A stretch of DNA of 64,000 nt from Candidatus Anderseniibacteriota bacterium (GTDB taxonomy: Bacteria; Patescibacteriota; Andersenbacteria; UBA10190). Below the pieces are notes generated by a model. The model searched no databases, was not told where the DNA came from, and saw only the letters and a program-made list of their open reading frames with translations. The stretch spans positions 8,483 through 72,482 of the forward strand of contig JACPWO010000002.1 of NCBI GenBank assembly GCA_016197005.1. Reading direction: 5' to 3'. The position numbers were made by a program, and so were the translations under genes. Below are positions 48,233 through 57,906 of the stretch, one piece after another (positions within the stretch are counted from its first letter, which is position 1; each line of letters begins with the position of its first letter).

Positions 48233-49705
48233 ATGGCTACGGATACCGTCATTTTAAGATTTTCCGATGTCAGCTTCGAATACGACCATCTTCGAGTACT
48301 GCTCGATGGTGTCAGTTTTTCTGTGCGCACCGGCAGCCGAATTACGCTCATGGGACAAAATGGCGCTGGCAAAAGCTCTCTCTTTAAACTCATTACGGGC
48401 GAACTTTCTCCCACCGAAGGCCGAATTTCTCGTACGCCCCCCGATGCTACTATCGCCATCTCTCGGCAAGTAATGCCGCAAGAAATGCTTGATGTATCAC
48501 TGCGCGAATACTTTGCCACAGCCTTTCCTGAAAAAGTATATGCCCTCGATAAGCTCATAGCTGAAGTACTTGATATTGTGCATCTCGATGTACCGCTAGA
48601 TAGAAAGATCAAAGAGTGTTCTGGTGGCCAGCAAGCTCGACTGCTGCTCGCGTATGCCCTCATTCAAAAGCCTGACATTTTATTACTGGATGAGCCGACA
48701 AATAACCTGGATCAATATGGGATTGATCACCTCACCACGTTTCTCATGATGTATGAGAAAACGTGTTTAGTTATTTCTCACGACGCGGATTTCTTGAACG
48801 CTTTCTCTGATGGAGTGTTGTATTTGGATGCAGCCACTCAGAAGATAGAGCAATATACGGGCAACTACGATGTTGTCGTTGAAGAAATTAAGAAACGACG
48901 AGAACGTGAAAACTATTTAAACGCTCGTATGCAGACACAGATTAAAGAAAAGCGTGCGCAGGCCGAAGTATTTGCCCACAAAGGTGGCAAGATGCGAGGC
49001 GTTGCCAAGCGGATGCGAGAGGCAGCCGAGGCGGCGGAAGAAAGTATTGTCAACGTGCGAACAGAGGATAAAACAATCCGTCCTTTCACGCTGCCAGCTC
49101 AAGAGTTTGAGGCCGCATTTCCTGGTGCTGTTGTTCGATTTACGAAAATATCTGCTTTGCAGAACAATGAAGTTGTCGAACGACCGTTTGATCTCACATT
49201 ACGGAAAAGCACCCATGCGTTAATCGCTGGACCCAACGGAATCGGTAAAAGTACTCTTTTGGAAAAACTGGCGACAGGATCTTCAGAAGGCGCAGTTATT
49301 CCCTCAGAGGTGGTAGTCGGGTATTACAAGCAAGATTTTAGTAATCTCAATCTCGACCGCACCGCCTTTGATACCTTGCTGGAAGTTATGAAAGTTAAGG
49401 AGGAGCATGCGTTGCGGTCGACTGCTGCAGGATTTCTTTTTGATGGTAAATTGTTGGCCAGTCCTATTCGGGCGCTTTCAGAGGGACAGAAGGGACTACT
49501 GTCTTTTTGCCGACTAGTCCTTCTAAAACCCGGTTTACTTCTATTAGATGAGCCAACTAATCATATCAACTTCAGACACTTACCGATTATTGCTAGGGCA
49601 TTAGATGAGTACCCCGGTGCAATGATTATGGTCTCTCATATTCCTTCCTTTGTGGAACAGATTCGAATTGATGAAGTTATTGATCTGGAGAAAATTAGGA
49701 AGTAA
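48233..49705 (+). CDS. ABC-F family ATPase
   Basis: Two ABC domains (GQNGAGKS, GPNGIGKS), LDEPTN twice, SHD, YTGNY linker, no TM. Confidence 0.93.
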   Translation: MATDTVILRFSDVSFEYDHLRVLLDGVSFSVRTGSRITLMGQNGAGKSSLFKLITGELSPTEGRISRTPPDATIAISRQVMPQEMLDVSLREYFATAFPEKVYALDKLIAEVLDIVHLDVPLDRKIKECSGGQQARLLLAYALIQKPDILLLDEPTNNLDQYGIDHLTTFLMMYEKTCLVISHDADFLNAFSDGVLYLDAATQKIEQYTGNYDVVVEEIKKRRERENYLNARMQTQIKEKRAQAEVFAHKGGKMRGVAKRMREAAEAAEESIVNVRTEDKTIRPFTLPAQEFEAAFPGAVVRFTKISALQNNEVVERPFDLTLRKSTHALIAGPNGIGKSTLLEKLATGSSEGAVIPSEVVVGYYKQDFSNLNLDRTAFDTLLEVMKVKEEHALRSTAAGFLFDGKLLASPIRALSEGQKGLLSFCRLVLLKPGLLLLDEPTNHINFRHLPIIARALDEYPGAMIMVSHIPSFVEQIRIDEVIDLEKIRK

Positions 49706-49821
49706 CTTCGCAGAAGAACTGTTTTTATTTAAAAGACGTGAGTGTGTAAAAACAGTAGCGAAAGCCAGGGTTGTTTGTTACCCTTTTTAGTAGATAATCT
49801 ACTCTGAATTAGCACATACTT

Positions 49822-50307
49822 ATGCAAAAAATAACCCCACATTTGTGGTTCGATAACCAAGCGGAAGAGGCAGCGACTTTTTACACTTCTATCTTCAAGA
49901 ACTCCAAAATTGGTGAGACTTCTCGCTATGGAGAAGAAGGTAAAGAAGTTCATGGGCAGAAGCCTGGAACGGTCATGACCATTTCATTTGAAATTGAAGG
50001 ACAAAAATTTCTTGCTCTAAACGGTGGCCCTGTATTCAAGTTTACCGAGGCCATTTCATTTATGGTGAGCTGTGATACTCAAGAGGAAATTGATTATTAC
50101 TGGGGAAAGCTCTCAGCTGTCCCAGAGTCGGAACAATGTGGCTGGCTTAAAGACAAGTTTGGTCTTTCTTGGCAAATTACTCCTAAGGTTTTGGGCGACC
50201 TATTGAGTGATAAAGATAAAGCAAAAGCTGGTCGGGTTATGAATGCCATGCTAAAAATGAAAAAGATTGATATTGAAGGTTTAAAAAAAGCGTACGATGG
50301 GAAGTGA
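49822..50307 (+). CDS. VOC/PhnB (3-dmu-9 3-MT family) protein
   Basis: KITPHLWFDNQAEEAA.FY...LNGGP.FKF..AISF...CGWLKDKFGLSWQI. Confidence 0.93.
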   Translation: MQKITPHLWFDNQAEEAATFYTSIFKNSKIGETSRYGEEGKEVHGQKPGTVMTISFEIEGQKFLALNGGPVFKFTEAISFMVSCDTQEEIDYYWGKLSAVPESEQCGWLKDKFGLSWQITPKVLGDLLSDKDKAKAGRVMNAMLKMKKIDIEGLKKAYDGK

Positions 50308-50421
50308 ATAGCATCGGAAGGTAAAAGAGAAGACAAAACTTGACAAAATGACATTTAGTGTCTATAGCTAAATTTAGGCTTTTAATCTGTTCATTCCATA
50401 ACTCTCTAAGGAGCATTCCCA

Positions 50422-50850
50422 ATGACCCAAGTGGATTGGATCCTGAGTCTGGGGGTGGTGGGCGTGGTTGTAGGTTTTATGGTACTTTGGTCGAAGCGGT
50501 CTAAAAACCTCAAGTGTGATTGCTACGGAAGATCGTACAAGGATCGTGGAGATCGTATTACTCACCCCCGCTACAAAGCACCACTACTTCAAGGCAACCT
50601 GGAGTATCGGCAGGTGGATATTGTATTCTCCTGTGGCGCTGACGTGATCAGTGCGCGTCGCCTTTTACTTAGTCGCGATGCAAATGATGAGCGGTGGTTG
50701 TTAGAACCACGATATATGCAGTTTCCAGTGCAGTTGGAGTTGGAGATGGATCCTAATCAGGAAGCATCTGCAATTATCGCTTCTCGCTTGGCCGATGGCT
50801 GGGAAAAAGTAAGCGAGGTACGGGACATCGTAAGTTCCGGAATCGCTTGA
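50422..50850 (+). CDS. Hypothetical protein with N-terminal TM
   Basis: 142 aa; TTGACA-N17-TATAGC upstream, hairpin with T-run downstream. Confidence 0.55.
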   Translation: MTQVDWILSLGVVGVVVGFMVLWSKRSKNLKCDCYGRSYKDRGDRITHPRYKAPLLQGNLEYRQVDIVFSCGADVISARRLLLSRDANDERWLLEPRYMQFPVQLELEMDPNQEASAIIASRLADGWEKVSEVRDIVSSGIA

Positions 50851-50925
50851 GCTCGAAACATTCGAGCTTTTTTTGTTGCATAGTATTACTTGTGCCGAAG
50901 TCGAGAAATAATCAATACTACCTAT

Positions 50926-51528
50926 ATGAAACAACAAGTTTTCGTAATCCACGGCGGAACCTCATTTGATACACATGAAGACTACATATCGTTCCTCAAA
51001 ACACGTGAGCTTACGTTGGAAAGATTGACGCAGGGCGAAGATTGGAAAGCTTCACTCTCTGATGAACTTGGCGAGAGTTTCGAAGTATTAGTACCGAAGA
51101 TGCCAAATGGGACAAACGTACGGTATCTGGAGTGGCAGATCTGGTTTGAGCGATGTATCCCTTTTATCCAGGATAACGCTATTTTAATCGGACAGTCACT
51201 AGGTGGAATTTTTCTGGCCAAGTATTTATCGGAGAACTCGTTTCCAAAGAGCATTCGAGCAACTCTTCTGGTTGGAGCACCCTTTGATGACACCTCTACG
51301 GTCGAATCATTGACTGATTTTGTTCTCCCCTCATCTTTAGAAAAGTTTGCAACCCAAAGTGAGGCGATCTATTTAATTCACAGTAAAGACGATCCAGTTG
51401 TTCCTGTTGAGCAAACAGAAAAGTACATGCAGGCGCTCCCGAAGGCACAGAAAGTGATATTTGATGATAGGGGGCATTTTAATCAGAAAAAATTTCCCGA
51501 AGTAGTCTCGCTAATTCAATCCCTCTAA
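50926..51528 (+). CDS. RBBP9/YdeN-like alpha/beta hydrolase
   Basis: IHGG, GQSLGG, HSKDDPVVP, GHF. Confidence 0.9.
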   Translation: MKQQVFVIHGGTSFDTHEDYISFLKTRELTLERLTQGEDWKASLSDELGESFEVLVPKMPNGTNVRYLEWQIWFERCIPFIQDNAILIGQSLGGIFLAKYLSENSFPKSIRATLLVGAPFDDTSTVESLTDFVLPSSLEKFATQSEAIYLIHSKDDPVVPVEQTEKYMQALPKAQKVIFDDRGHFNQKKFPEVVSLIQSL

Positions 51529-51555
51529 ATTTTCAGGAAAACTCTCGTAGGTAAC

Positions 51556-51587
51556 AAAAAAGCGACCCAATAGCAGGGTCGCTTTTT
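51556..51587. terminator. Bidirectional terminator
   Basis: AAAAAAGCGACCC-N7-GGGTCGCTTTTT. Confidence 0.8.
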
Positions 51588-51602
51588 CTAAGTCAGTTCT
51601 CC

Positions 51603-51851
51603 TTACGAAAGATGTTTAGAGACGAGTTTCGTCATTTCAAACATGTTCACGACTGCTTTGCCGCCAAATACCTTCTTGAGGTTTTCATCAGCATTGATAT
51701 TTCGCTTGTTAGCTGGATCCTGAAGATTATTCTTCTTGATGTACTCCCAAAGCTTCTTAACGACTTCTGACCGAGGCATTGGCCCCGCTCCTACTACTAC
51801 TGCCAAGTCTGGACTCACCGTCATTGGCTTCATAAACGCTGCATTTGCCAT
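51603..51851 (-). CDS. Stand-alone SWIB/MDM2 domain protein
   Basis: S..LA.VVG..PMPRSEVVKKLWEYIKKNNLQDP.NKRNI.AD..L. Confidence 0.95.
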   Translation of the reverse strand: MANAAFMKPMTVSPDLAVVVGAGPMPRSEVVKKLWEYIKKNNLQDPANKRNINADENLKKVFGGKAVVNMFEMTKLVSKHLS

Positions 51852-52133
51852 ATTATGTGTTTCATTATAAATAAAGTCCCTCTGCACGTATTCTAACACT
51901 TCCTAGGCAGAAATATGCAAATAACTAGCTTCTGTGAAAAGCGTACGGAAACAGGACAATCACTATCTCTTCTTATTCACGAGTGCATACTGGTCTTTTT
52001 GCTGTTATTCACCAGAATTACGAATTCTTGACGCGACAGGATACTTAGGTTATAAACATCTTCTCTAAGAAAGAGCGTGTAAACACGGGGTGTTTACACG
52101 AACATCGTGTTCTTTTGCTTTGGAGATGAGCAC

Positions 52134-52694
52134 ATGAGGAAGACATGGGTCGCGGTAATGATGTTGACTGTTTCGGTTCTGGTGCATGGGGAAGACCCGA
52201 GCAACCAGTCTCCGCTTAATTTCTCCTCAGATCTTGAAATGCTCCGGGAAGAGCTGGCGTTGATTCGCAAAGTCAACGCAAAAGTTCAGGGTGCAGAGAG
52301 GAATGTTTGCGTAAATCGTCCTTGCCATCTTGCGGAGTGGAGTCGAGCAAGAAGACTTCTGCTGCAAGCGGCGACGCTACCTCAACCTCTCCAGGTTGAT
52401 TGCAGAGTGGTCGCAATGCAGGTGAGTGCGCAGAAGGTGTCTGATCAGACGAGGAGTCAGAAGACTAATGCGACCGAGGAATACAGGCGTACGCTCCTGT
52501 GGACTATCGTGGACACCGATGGCAAGTCGGAAAGCAAAGGGCTGGAAGACTTGTTTCAAATGACGGAAGCAGATCAGCTTACCTATATGGAAGGGGTATA
52601 CGGCCTGACGCCAAGTGGCACTGACAGTGAGCGTCTGGCGCGCATCGCCTGGAAGCAGATTGAAGGGTTGGGCGTCCGGGTCGATTATGAATGA
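52134..52694 (+). CDS. Secreted hypothetical protein
   Basis: Signal peptide MRKTWVAVMMLTVSVLVHG. Confidence 0.55.
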   Translation: MRKTWVAVMMLTVSVLVHGEDPSNQSPLNFSSDLEMLREELALIRKVNAKVQGAERNVCVNRPCHLAEWSRARRLLLQAATLPQPLQVDCRVVAMQVSAQKVSDQTRSQKTNATEEYRRTLLWTIVDTDGKSESKGLEDLFQMTEADQLTYMEGVYGLTPSGTDSERLARIAWKQIEGLGVRVDYE

Positions 52695-52786
52695 AGACGT
52701 TTTTATAGGGAGTGGTGGCCACTGGAATTTCCGGTGGCCTTTTTCTTTACTTGCAAATTGGACAGAAAAACGGTGTACTAGCCCGT

Positions 52787-53668
52787 ATGGAATACGCTGT
52801 TACTACGTTTTATAAATTCACTCAACTGCCTAAGCAGGAGCTTCTCAGTGTTAAAGAAAAATTGGTGAGCAAGGCTCGAGACTTAAGTATTATAGGCCTT
52901 GTGTTAGTAGCAGAAGAAGGTATCAATGCCACTATTGCTGGTAGTCCTGAAAGCATTTCTGTATACAAAGTATTTCTTGAAAGTCACTTCGGAGAACTGA
53001 AATACAAAAATAGCGTTAGTCACATTAAGCCTTTTAAACGCTTTAAGGTAAAAATTAAGCCGGAGATCGTACAGCTAAAACGAACGGATATTCGCCCACG
53101 TGGGAGCGAAGTTCATGTACCCCCAGAAGAATGGGATGCATTGATGGCACAGGAAGATGTACTTCTTATCGATGTACGCAATCAGTACGAAACGAAGCTT
53201 GGTACGTTCAAAGGTGCGATTGATCCAAAGACGAAACATTTTAGTCAGTTTCCGGAATGGCTAGAAAAATCTGGCATCGCGAAAGAAAAGAAAATTGGTA
53301 TTTATTGTACGGGGGAAATCCGCTGCGAAAAGGCAGCAGTCGCGATGAAAGAGCAAGGGTATGAAAATGTGTATTCTCTTGAGGGGGGTATTTTGAATTA
53401 CTTAGAGAAGCGACCGCATAAGAACTTTGAAGGTGAGTGTTTTGTGTTTGATCACCGAACGGCAGTGGGGCAAGATTTACGTCCCTCTACTCGGTATACG
53501 TTTTGCGTCAGTTGTGGGAATGGTGGGGATATTGAAAAGAACTGCATTCAATGTGGTGCGAGCTATCACACTTGTGACGAATGTGGAGGAACATCTCCAA
53601 TTTCTGTTTGCTCAAAAAATTGTCGGTACCAATATAACTACACCAAGAAACAGCAAGAAAACGTTTAG
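52787..53668 (+). CDS. trhO: UPF0176 rhodanese-related protein (TrhO/YceA family)
   Basis: FYKF, EGINAT, DVRN.YE...G.F.GA, YCTGEIRCEKA, GGILNY, CFVFD.R. Confidence 0.88.
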   Translation: MEYAVTTFYKFTQLPKQELLSVKEKLVSKARDLSIIGLVLVAEEGINATIAGSPESISVYKVFLESHFGELKYKNSVSHIKPFKRFKVKIKPEIVQLKRTDIRPRGSEVHVPPEEWDALMAQEDVLLIDVRNQYETKLGTFKGAIDPKTKHFSQFPEWLEKSGIAKEKKIGIYCTGEIRCEKAAVAMKEQGYENVYSLEGGILNYLEKRPHKNFEGECFVFDHRTAVGQDLRPSTRYTFCVSCGNGGDIEKNCIQCGASYHTCDECGGTSPISVCSKNCRYQYNYTKKQQENV

Positions 53669-53731
53669 GAGCCTGTTGAGGAAAGACCTTTCGTTCGTTA
53701 TCTTATTTAGTAATTAACACTAATATTCTTT

Positions 53732-54212
53732 ATGACTAAAACTCTTGTAGTTGGTGTCGCGGTAGCAGTTGTAGCGGCAGCTGGTGGGTATTATGTTGGG
53801 GTATGATCAAGGGTCGGAAAGAGCAGTTATGTTAGACGGAAAAAATGCGTCTGAAGGGGCTCGAGATAATGTAGCAACCAATCCAAAATTAGATGCAACT
53901 GAGCAAATGCTCGTTGGGGTGTGGGGTAACGATGATGACATTAATTTCTCACGAGAGTTTAAGGCTGATGGCACTGTCGTAGATTCATATATTGGAGATA
54001 ATGGCCCGACTTCTACCACTGGTACCTGGACTGTATTTGATGCCACTAGCACTGAGCCCGTTACGTTTCAACTTAATAACTTTGATAGCTACGTTAAAAT
54101 GATGATGGATGGTGACGCACTGTATTTTCGAGTTTCTAAGATTTCTACCGACCAACTCGAGCTCATTTACATGGAGCGAGGCGGAGCATTGCGATTCTCA
54201 AAAGTTCAGTAA
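53732..54212 (+). pseudogene. Membrane-anchored beta-barrel protein interrupted by one extra base
   Basis: MTKTLVVGVAVAVVAAAGGYYVG stops at 53806; deleting one G of GGGG (53798-53801) joins it to GYDQGSERA... Confidence 0.7.
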
Positions 54213-54290
54213 GCAGGCAGAAAATATAGACAACCGCCGTAAACTCGCTATCATAGGCAAGATCTTCAGATAATTTTTGTATTTACATAC

Positions 54291-55262
54291 ATGGACCAGT
54301 CAAATTCAACAATAAAGGTACGAGGACTTACCAAATCTTTTAAGGATTTGAAAGTGCTTACGGGTATTGAGCTTGAAGTAAAGCGAGGAACTGTGCTCGC
54401 GCTGCTTGGACCAAATGGTGCGGGTAAAACTACGACTATTCGCATACTCAGCACGCTGCTTCGCCCTGATGGCGGCGACGCTTTTATTGATGGCCATAGC
54501 GTTGTAAAGGAACCAGATAAGGTGCGCGCCAGTATTGGGCTCACTGGTCAATATGCAGCGGTTGATGAGTATTTAACCGGACGAGAGAATTTGGAGATGA
54601 TGGGCCGGCTGTACCACTTAAGCAGGGCAGATGCGAAAATTCGCGGAGAGGAACTCCTTGAACAGTTCGACCTAGAGAAAGCGGCTACGCGAACGGTAAA
54701 GACCTACTCCGGTGGTATGCGCCGCCGTCTTGATTTAGCTGCTAGTTTAATTGCTACTCCGCCAGTCCTATTCCTTGATGAACCGACAACTGGCCTTGAT
54801 CCGCGAAGTCGTCTGGCAATGTGGGGAATAATTGAACAGTTGGTAGAAGCAGATGTAACAATTTTACTTACTACACAGCAACTTGAAGAAGCTGATATGT
54901 TGGCTGATCGTATTGCCGTACTTGATCATGGTCGAATTATTGTCGAAGGAACGTCGGATGAACTTAAGGCCAAAGTTGGTAAAGAACGTCTGGAGCTCAC
55001 TATTCGAAAAGATAATTATGAAAAAGCAATTCAGCTTTTAGGCGGGGAAGTAGTGCAGAAAGATCCTCAGCGCCACCTCGTAAGTATTGCCACGAGTGGT
55101 ACGGTGCATGAAATAAAACGAGTACTAGAAAAAATGGAAGCAGCTACCATTGAAGTTGAATCAATGTCGGTACATAAACCCACTCTCGATGACGTATTCT
55201 TGCAATTCACTGGTCACGGGGCAGAAGCTAATCAAAATACAGAAGAACTAACAAACGCCTAA
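54291..55262 (+). CDS. DrrA-like ABC exporter ATP-binding subunit
   Basis: GPNGAGKT, YSGGMRRRLDLA, LDEPTTGLDP, PTLDDVF. Confidence 0.93.
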   Translation: MDQSNSTIKVRGLTKSFKDLKVLTGIELEVKRGTVLALLGPNGAGKTTTIRILSTLLRPDGGDAFIDGHSVVKEPDKVRASIGLTGQYAAVDEYLTGRENLEMMGRLYHLSRADAKIRGEELLEQFDLEKAATRTVKTYSGGMRRRLDLAASLIATPPVLFLDEPTTGLDPRSRLAMWGIIEQLVEADVTILLTTQQLEEADMLADRIAVLDHGRIIVEGTSDELKAKVGKERLELTIRKDNYEKAIQLLGGEVVQKDPQRHLVSIATSGTVHEIKRVLEKMEAATIEVESMSVHKPTLDDVFLQFTGHGAEANQNTEELTNA

Positions 55263-56080
55263 TGAAAATTCTTACTTACAAAACGCGGCAAGTGAAAGCA
55301 CAGGAACACTCATCGTTCTACTGGCTAATAAATGATTTGTCGGTATTCATTGAGCGTAGCTTAAAGCATATCTTTAAAAATAAGGATCAGCTCTTAGGAC
55401 TTACTGTTCAGCCAATAATGTTTATGATGTTGTTCCGCTATGTATTTGGCGGGGCTATTAATACTGGAGGAACGACTTATGTGAACTTCCTTGTCGCTGG
55501 TATCTTAATTCAGAGTGTTGCTTTTGGTGCTCTTACAACTTCTTTAAGCGTTGCTACTGATTTACAACGTGGAATTATTGAACGTTTTAAGTCACTGCCA
55601 ACGGTAAGTTGGGGAGTGCTTATGGGGCACGTAAGTGCTGACTTGGTCCGAAATATTTTGCAGTCAGTCATTATGATTGGTGTGGGAATGCTAGTTGGTT
55701 TTCGTCCGACTGCTTCGGTTACTGACTGGTTTGCTATTGCTGGGCTTATTCTTTTGTTCACATTTGCTATTTCATGGGTGGCAGCGATTATGGGACTTGT
55801 AGCGAAAACAATTGAAGCAGTGCAGTGGCTTGGTTTTTTTATTATTTTTCCATTTACGTTTGCGAGTGCCGCTTTTGCACCAACAGATAGTATGCCTTAT
55901 GCTTTACGGCTTTTTGCTGAGAATCAGCCAGTAACGCACATTATTGAAGCGGTGCGAGCTCTTATGATTGGCACACCTGTGGGTAATCACATTGTTCTGT
56001 CCATTATTTGGTTTACGGGTATTACTATTATTGCCATTCCCATTGCTTCATATTTATTCAGGCAATACAGCGGAAGATAA
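55262..56080 (+). CDS. DrrB-like ABC-2 permease
   Basis: FRYVFGGAI, G.IERFKSLP, FASAAF.P...MP...FAENQP. Confidence 0.93.
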   Translation: MKILTYKTRQVKAQEHSSFYWLINDLSVFIERSLKHIFKNKDQLLGLTVQPIMFMMLFRYVFGGAINTGGTTYVNFLVAGILIQSVAFGALTTSLSVATDLQRGIIERFKSLPTVSWGVLMGHVSADLVRNILQSVIMIGVGMLVGFRPTASVTDWFAIAGLILLFTFAISWVAAIMGLVAKTIEAVQWLGFFIIFPFTFASAAFAPTDSMPYALRLFAENQPVTHIIEAVRALMIGTPVGNHIVLSIIWFTGITIIAIPIASYLFRQYSGR

Positions 56081-56176
56081 GTCATGTGTAGACAAGAATC
56101 GGCGTAGTTTTCTATTGTGGAGAATTGATACTGAAACCGTTGACATTTCCTAGGTGCGAGAGAATATAAAAGCAAG

Positions 56177-56743
56177 ATGAAAAGAAGCAATCCACTGAAG
56201 AAAATTTTGATTGCAGGGTTTATCGTAGTAATAACTTCAGTTCCCCAAATATCCCAAGCACATCGTTCTGGTTGTCATAATTTGCACACCTGTCCTTCGG
56301 ATTCAAATAGCTACGCGTGCGGTGATCTTGGTTACCCCTGTGATGGGTCAACAAGTATTGAGAATATTGCGCTGTCGGCTATTAATGTTCCTCTGCTTGT
56401 AGAAAAAACATTTATGGATATCTTTGGTCGGAAACTGACTGAACCTGAAAGTACGTATTGGAAAAAGAGATTTCGAGCAGATAAAGAAAGCGTTCATCAA
56501 GTACGTCGAGCAATGCTATGGCATAAGGGGAATGGCTCTTTCGGACCGCCAGCCTCTACTTCCAAAAAGAATTCTTTTGGGCAACTAGTAAAAAATATTA
56601 ATGTCATCTTTCGCTCGGTCTACAATCGAGAGCCAACTGTCTCAGAGAATCAGTACTGGATTTCACGAGTTTCAGATAAACCATCTGAGCGAGCTTTAAC
56701 GGATGCTATGGGTTTTCATAAAGCGCGCAGTATTCAGCACTAA
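56177..56743 (+). CDS. Secreted protein: His/Cys micro-domain + two helical surface repeats
   Basis: Signal peptide; HRSGCHNLHTCPSD...YACGDLG; repeats similar to C-terminus of 19867-21705. Confidence 0.75.
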   Translation: MKRSNPLKKILIAGFIVVITSVPQISQAHRSGCHNLHTCPSDSNSYACGDLGYPCDGSTSIENIALSAINVPLLVEKTFMDIFGRKLTEPESTYWKKRFRADKESVHQVRRAMLWHKGNGSFGPPASTSKKNSFGQLVKNINVIFRSVYNREPTVSENQYWISRVSDKPSERALTDAMGFHKARSIQH

Positions 56744-56817
56744 TTCAATTACCAATGAAAAACACCCCGGAGGGTGTTCGCGTTGAAAAAAGAAGGAACC
56801 TAAAATTGAGTGCAACT

Positions 56818-57033
56818 CTAGGCGTCTTTTGTTTCCTCACGGTTTTCTCGCGCCTGAGCTAGTCGAGAGGGAACAAAAGCAGGAAATGGTTCGAGGTAAC
56901 CCACCTCTTTCATCTGAGCCATTACATCATCATTGCAACCCCAGCAGTAGACACTAAGCTTTCGAGCCGGGTTTTTACATAAGGGGTTCTTACATTTTCT
57001 TTTGGAGTGTCTTGCCGATTTGCGACCGTTCAT
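56818..57033 (-). CDS. Small basic Cys-rich hypothetical protein
   Basis: CKNPLC...CWGC; short, could be spurious. Confidence 0.4.
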   Translation of the reverse strand: MNGRKSARHSKRKCKNPLCKNPARKLSVYCWGCNDDVMAQMKEVGYLEPFPAFVPSRLAQARENREETKDA

Positions 57034-57170
57034 AGTGCAGGTTCCTTCTGCAGACAAGAAATTGAAAGTGCCAAATCTACAAAATGTATAACCCTGACAA
57101 GCGTGTGCGTCAACTTAAAAACCTCCTTTAGTAAACGTCCTAGCTATATATCTCGTGTCCGTTATGCTTA

Positions 57171-57800
57171 ATGTTTATGCATGTTAATGAAAAATACAGC
57201 CAGCTAGCTAGTGAAGAAGCAATCAGTCAAACAAAAGCTGCTCTGGAGCAGAACGGCATTTCGGTTGTCATAACTGAAAATAAAACCGAGGCGAAGAATA
57301 AAGTTTTTGAACTGATTCCCAAGAAAGCTAGCGTCATGAATATGACCTCTATGACGCTTGAAGAAGCTGGCATCGCTCAGGAAATTTTAGAGTCAGGTCG
57401 CTATGATTCAATACGAAATCGACTTACTACAATGGATAATGTCACTCAAATTCGAGAAAAGCGGCAACTCGGAGCGGCGCCAGACTGGGTCATAGGAAGC
57501 GTGCATGCGGTAACGCAGGATGGAAAAGTGCTTATTGGTTCAAATACAGGTAGCCAGTTACCGGCATATGCCTATGGGGCTCAGCATGTCGTATGGGTAA
57601 TCGGCACGCAGAAAATTGTAAAAGACCTTGATGATGGTATGAAGCGACTCTATGAGTATTCATTGCCACTCGAGCATGAACGATCAAAGAAAGCATATGG
57701 TGGACCAGGCAGTCATCTCAGCAAAATCCTTATTATCAATAAAGAAATACAGGCAGGCAGAATTACGGCCATTTTCGTCAAAGAAAAGCTCGGTTTTTAG
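57171..57800 (+). CDS. LUD (lactate utilization, LutC/YkgG-like) domain protein
   Basis: GSVHAVTQDG...SNTGSQL..YAYGA..V.WV.G.QKIV. Confidence 0.88.
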   Translation: MFMHVNEKYSQLASEEAISQTKAALEQNGISVVITENKTEAKNKVFELIPKKASVMNMTSMTLEEAGIAQEILESGRYDSIRNRLTTMDNVTQIREKRQLGAAPDWVIGSVHAVTQDGKVLIGSNTGSQLPAYAYGAQHVVWVIGTQKIVKDLDDGMKRLYEYSLPLEHERSKKAYGGPGSHLSKILIINKEIQAGRITAIFVKEKLGF

Positions 57801-57906
57801 CATCAGGATGTGGAGAAGGGCAATTGCTCTATACCCGCTTCTTTGGTATGAAGAGAGGTTCGGATTAGAGTGGGTAATCGGAACATTTTTATTCTCTTAG
57901 TTCCAG

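Noticed and set aside
48085-48663. N-terminal extension of the 342 aa minus-strand ORF
   Set aside because: It is the antisense shadow of the ABC-F gene; only the C-terminal 149 aa GNAT part looks real.
32946-51528. Classical integron with attC sites
   Set aside because: No intI and no repeated RYYYAAC...GTTRRRY hairpins between genes.
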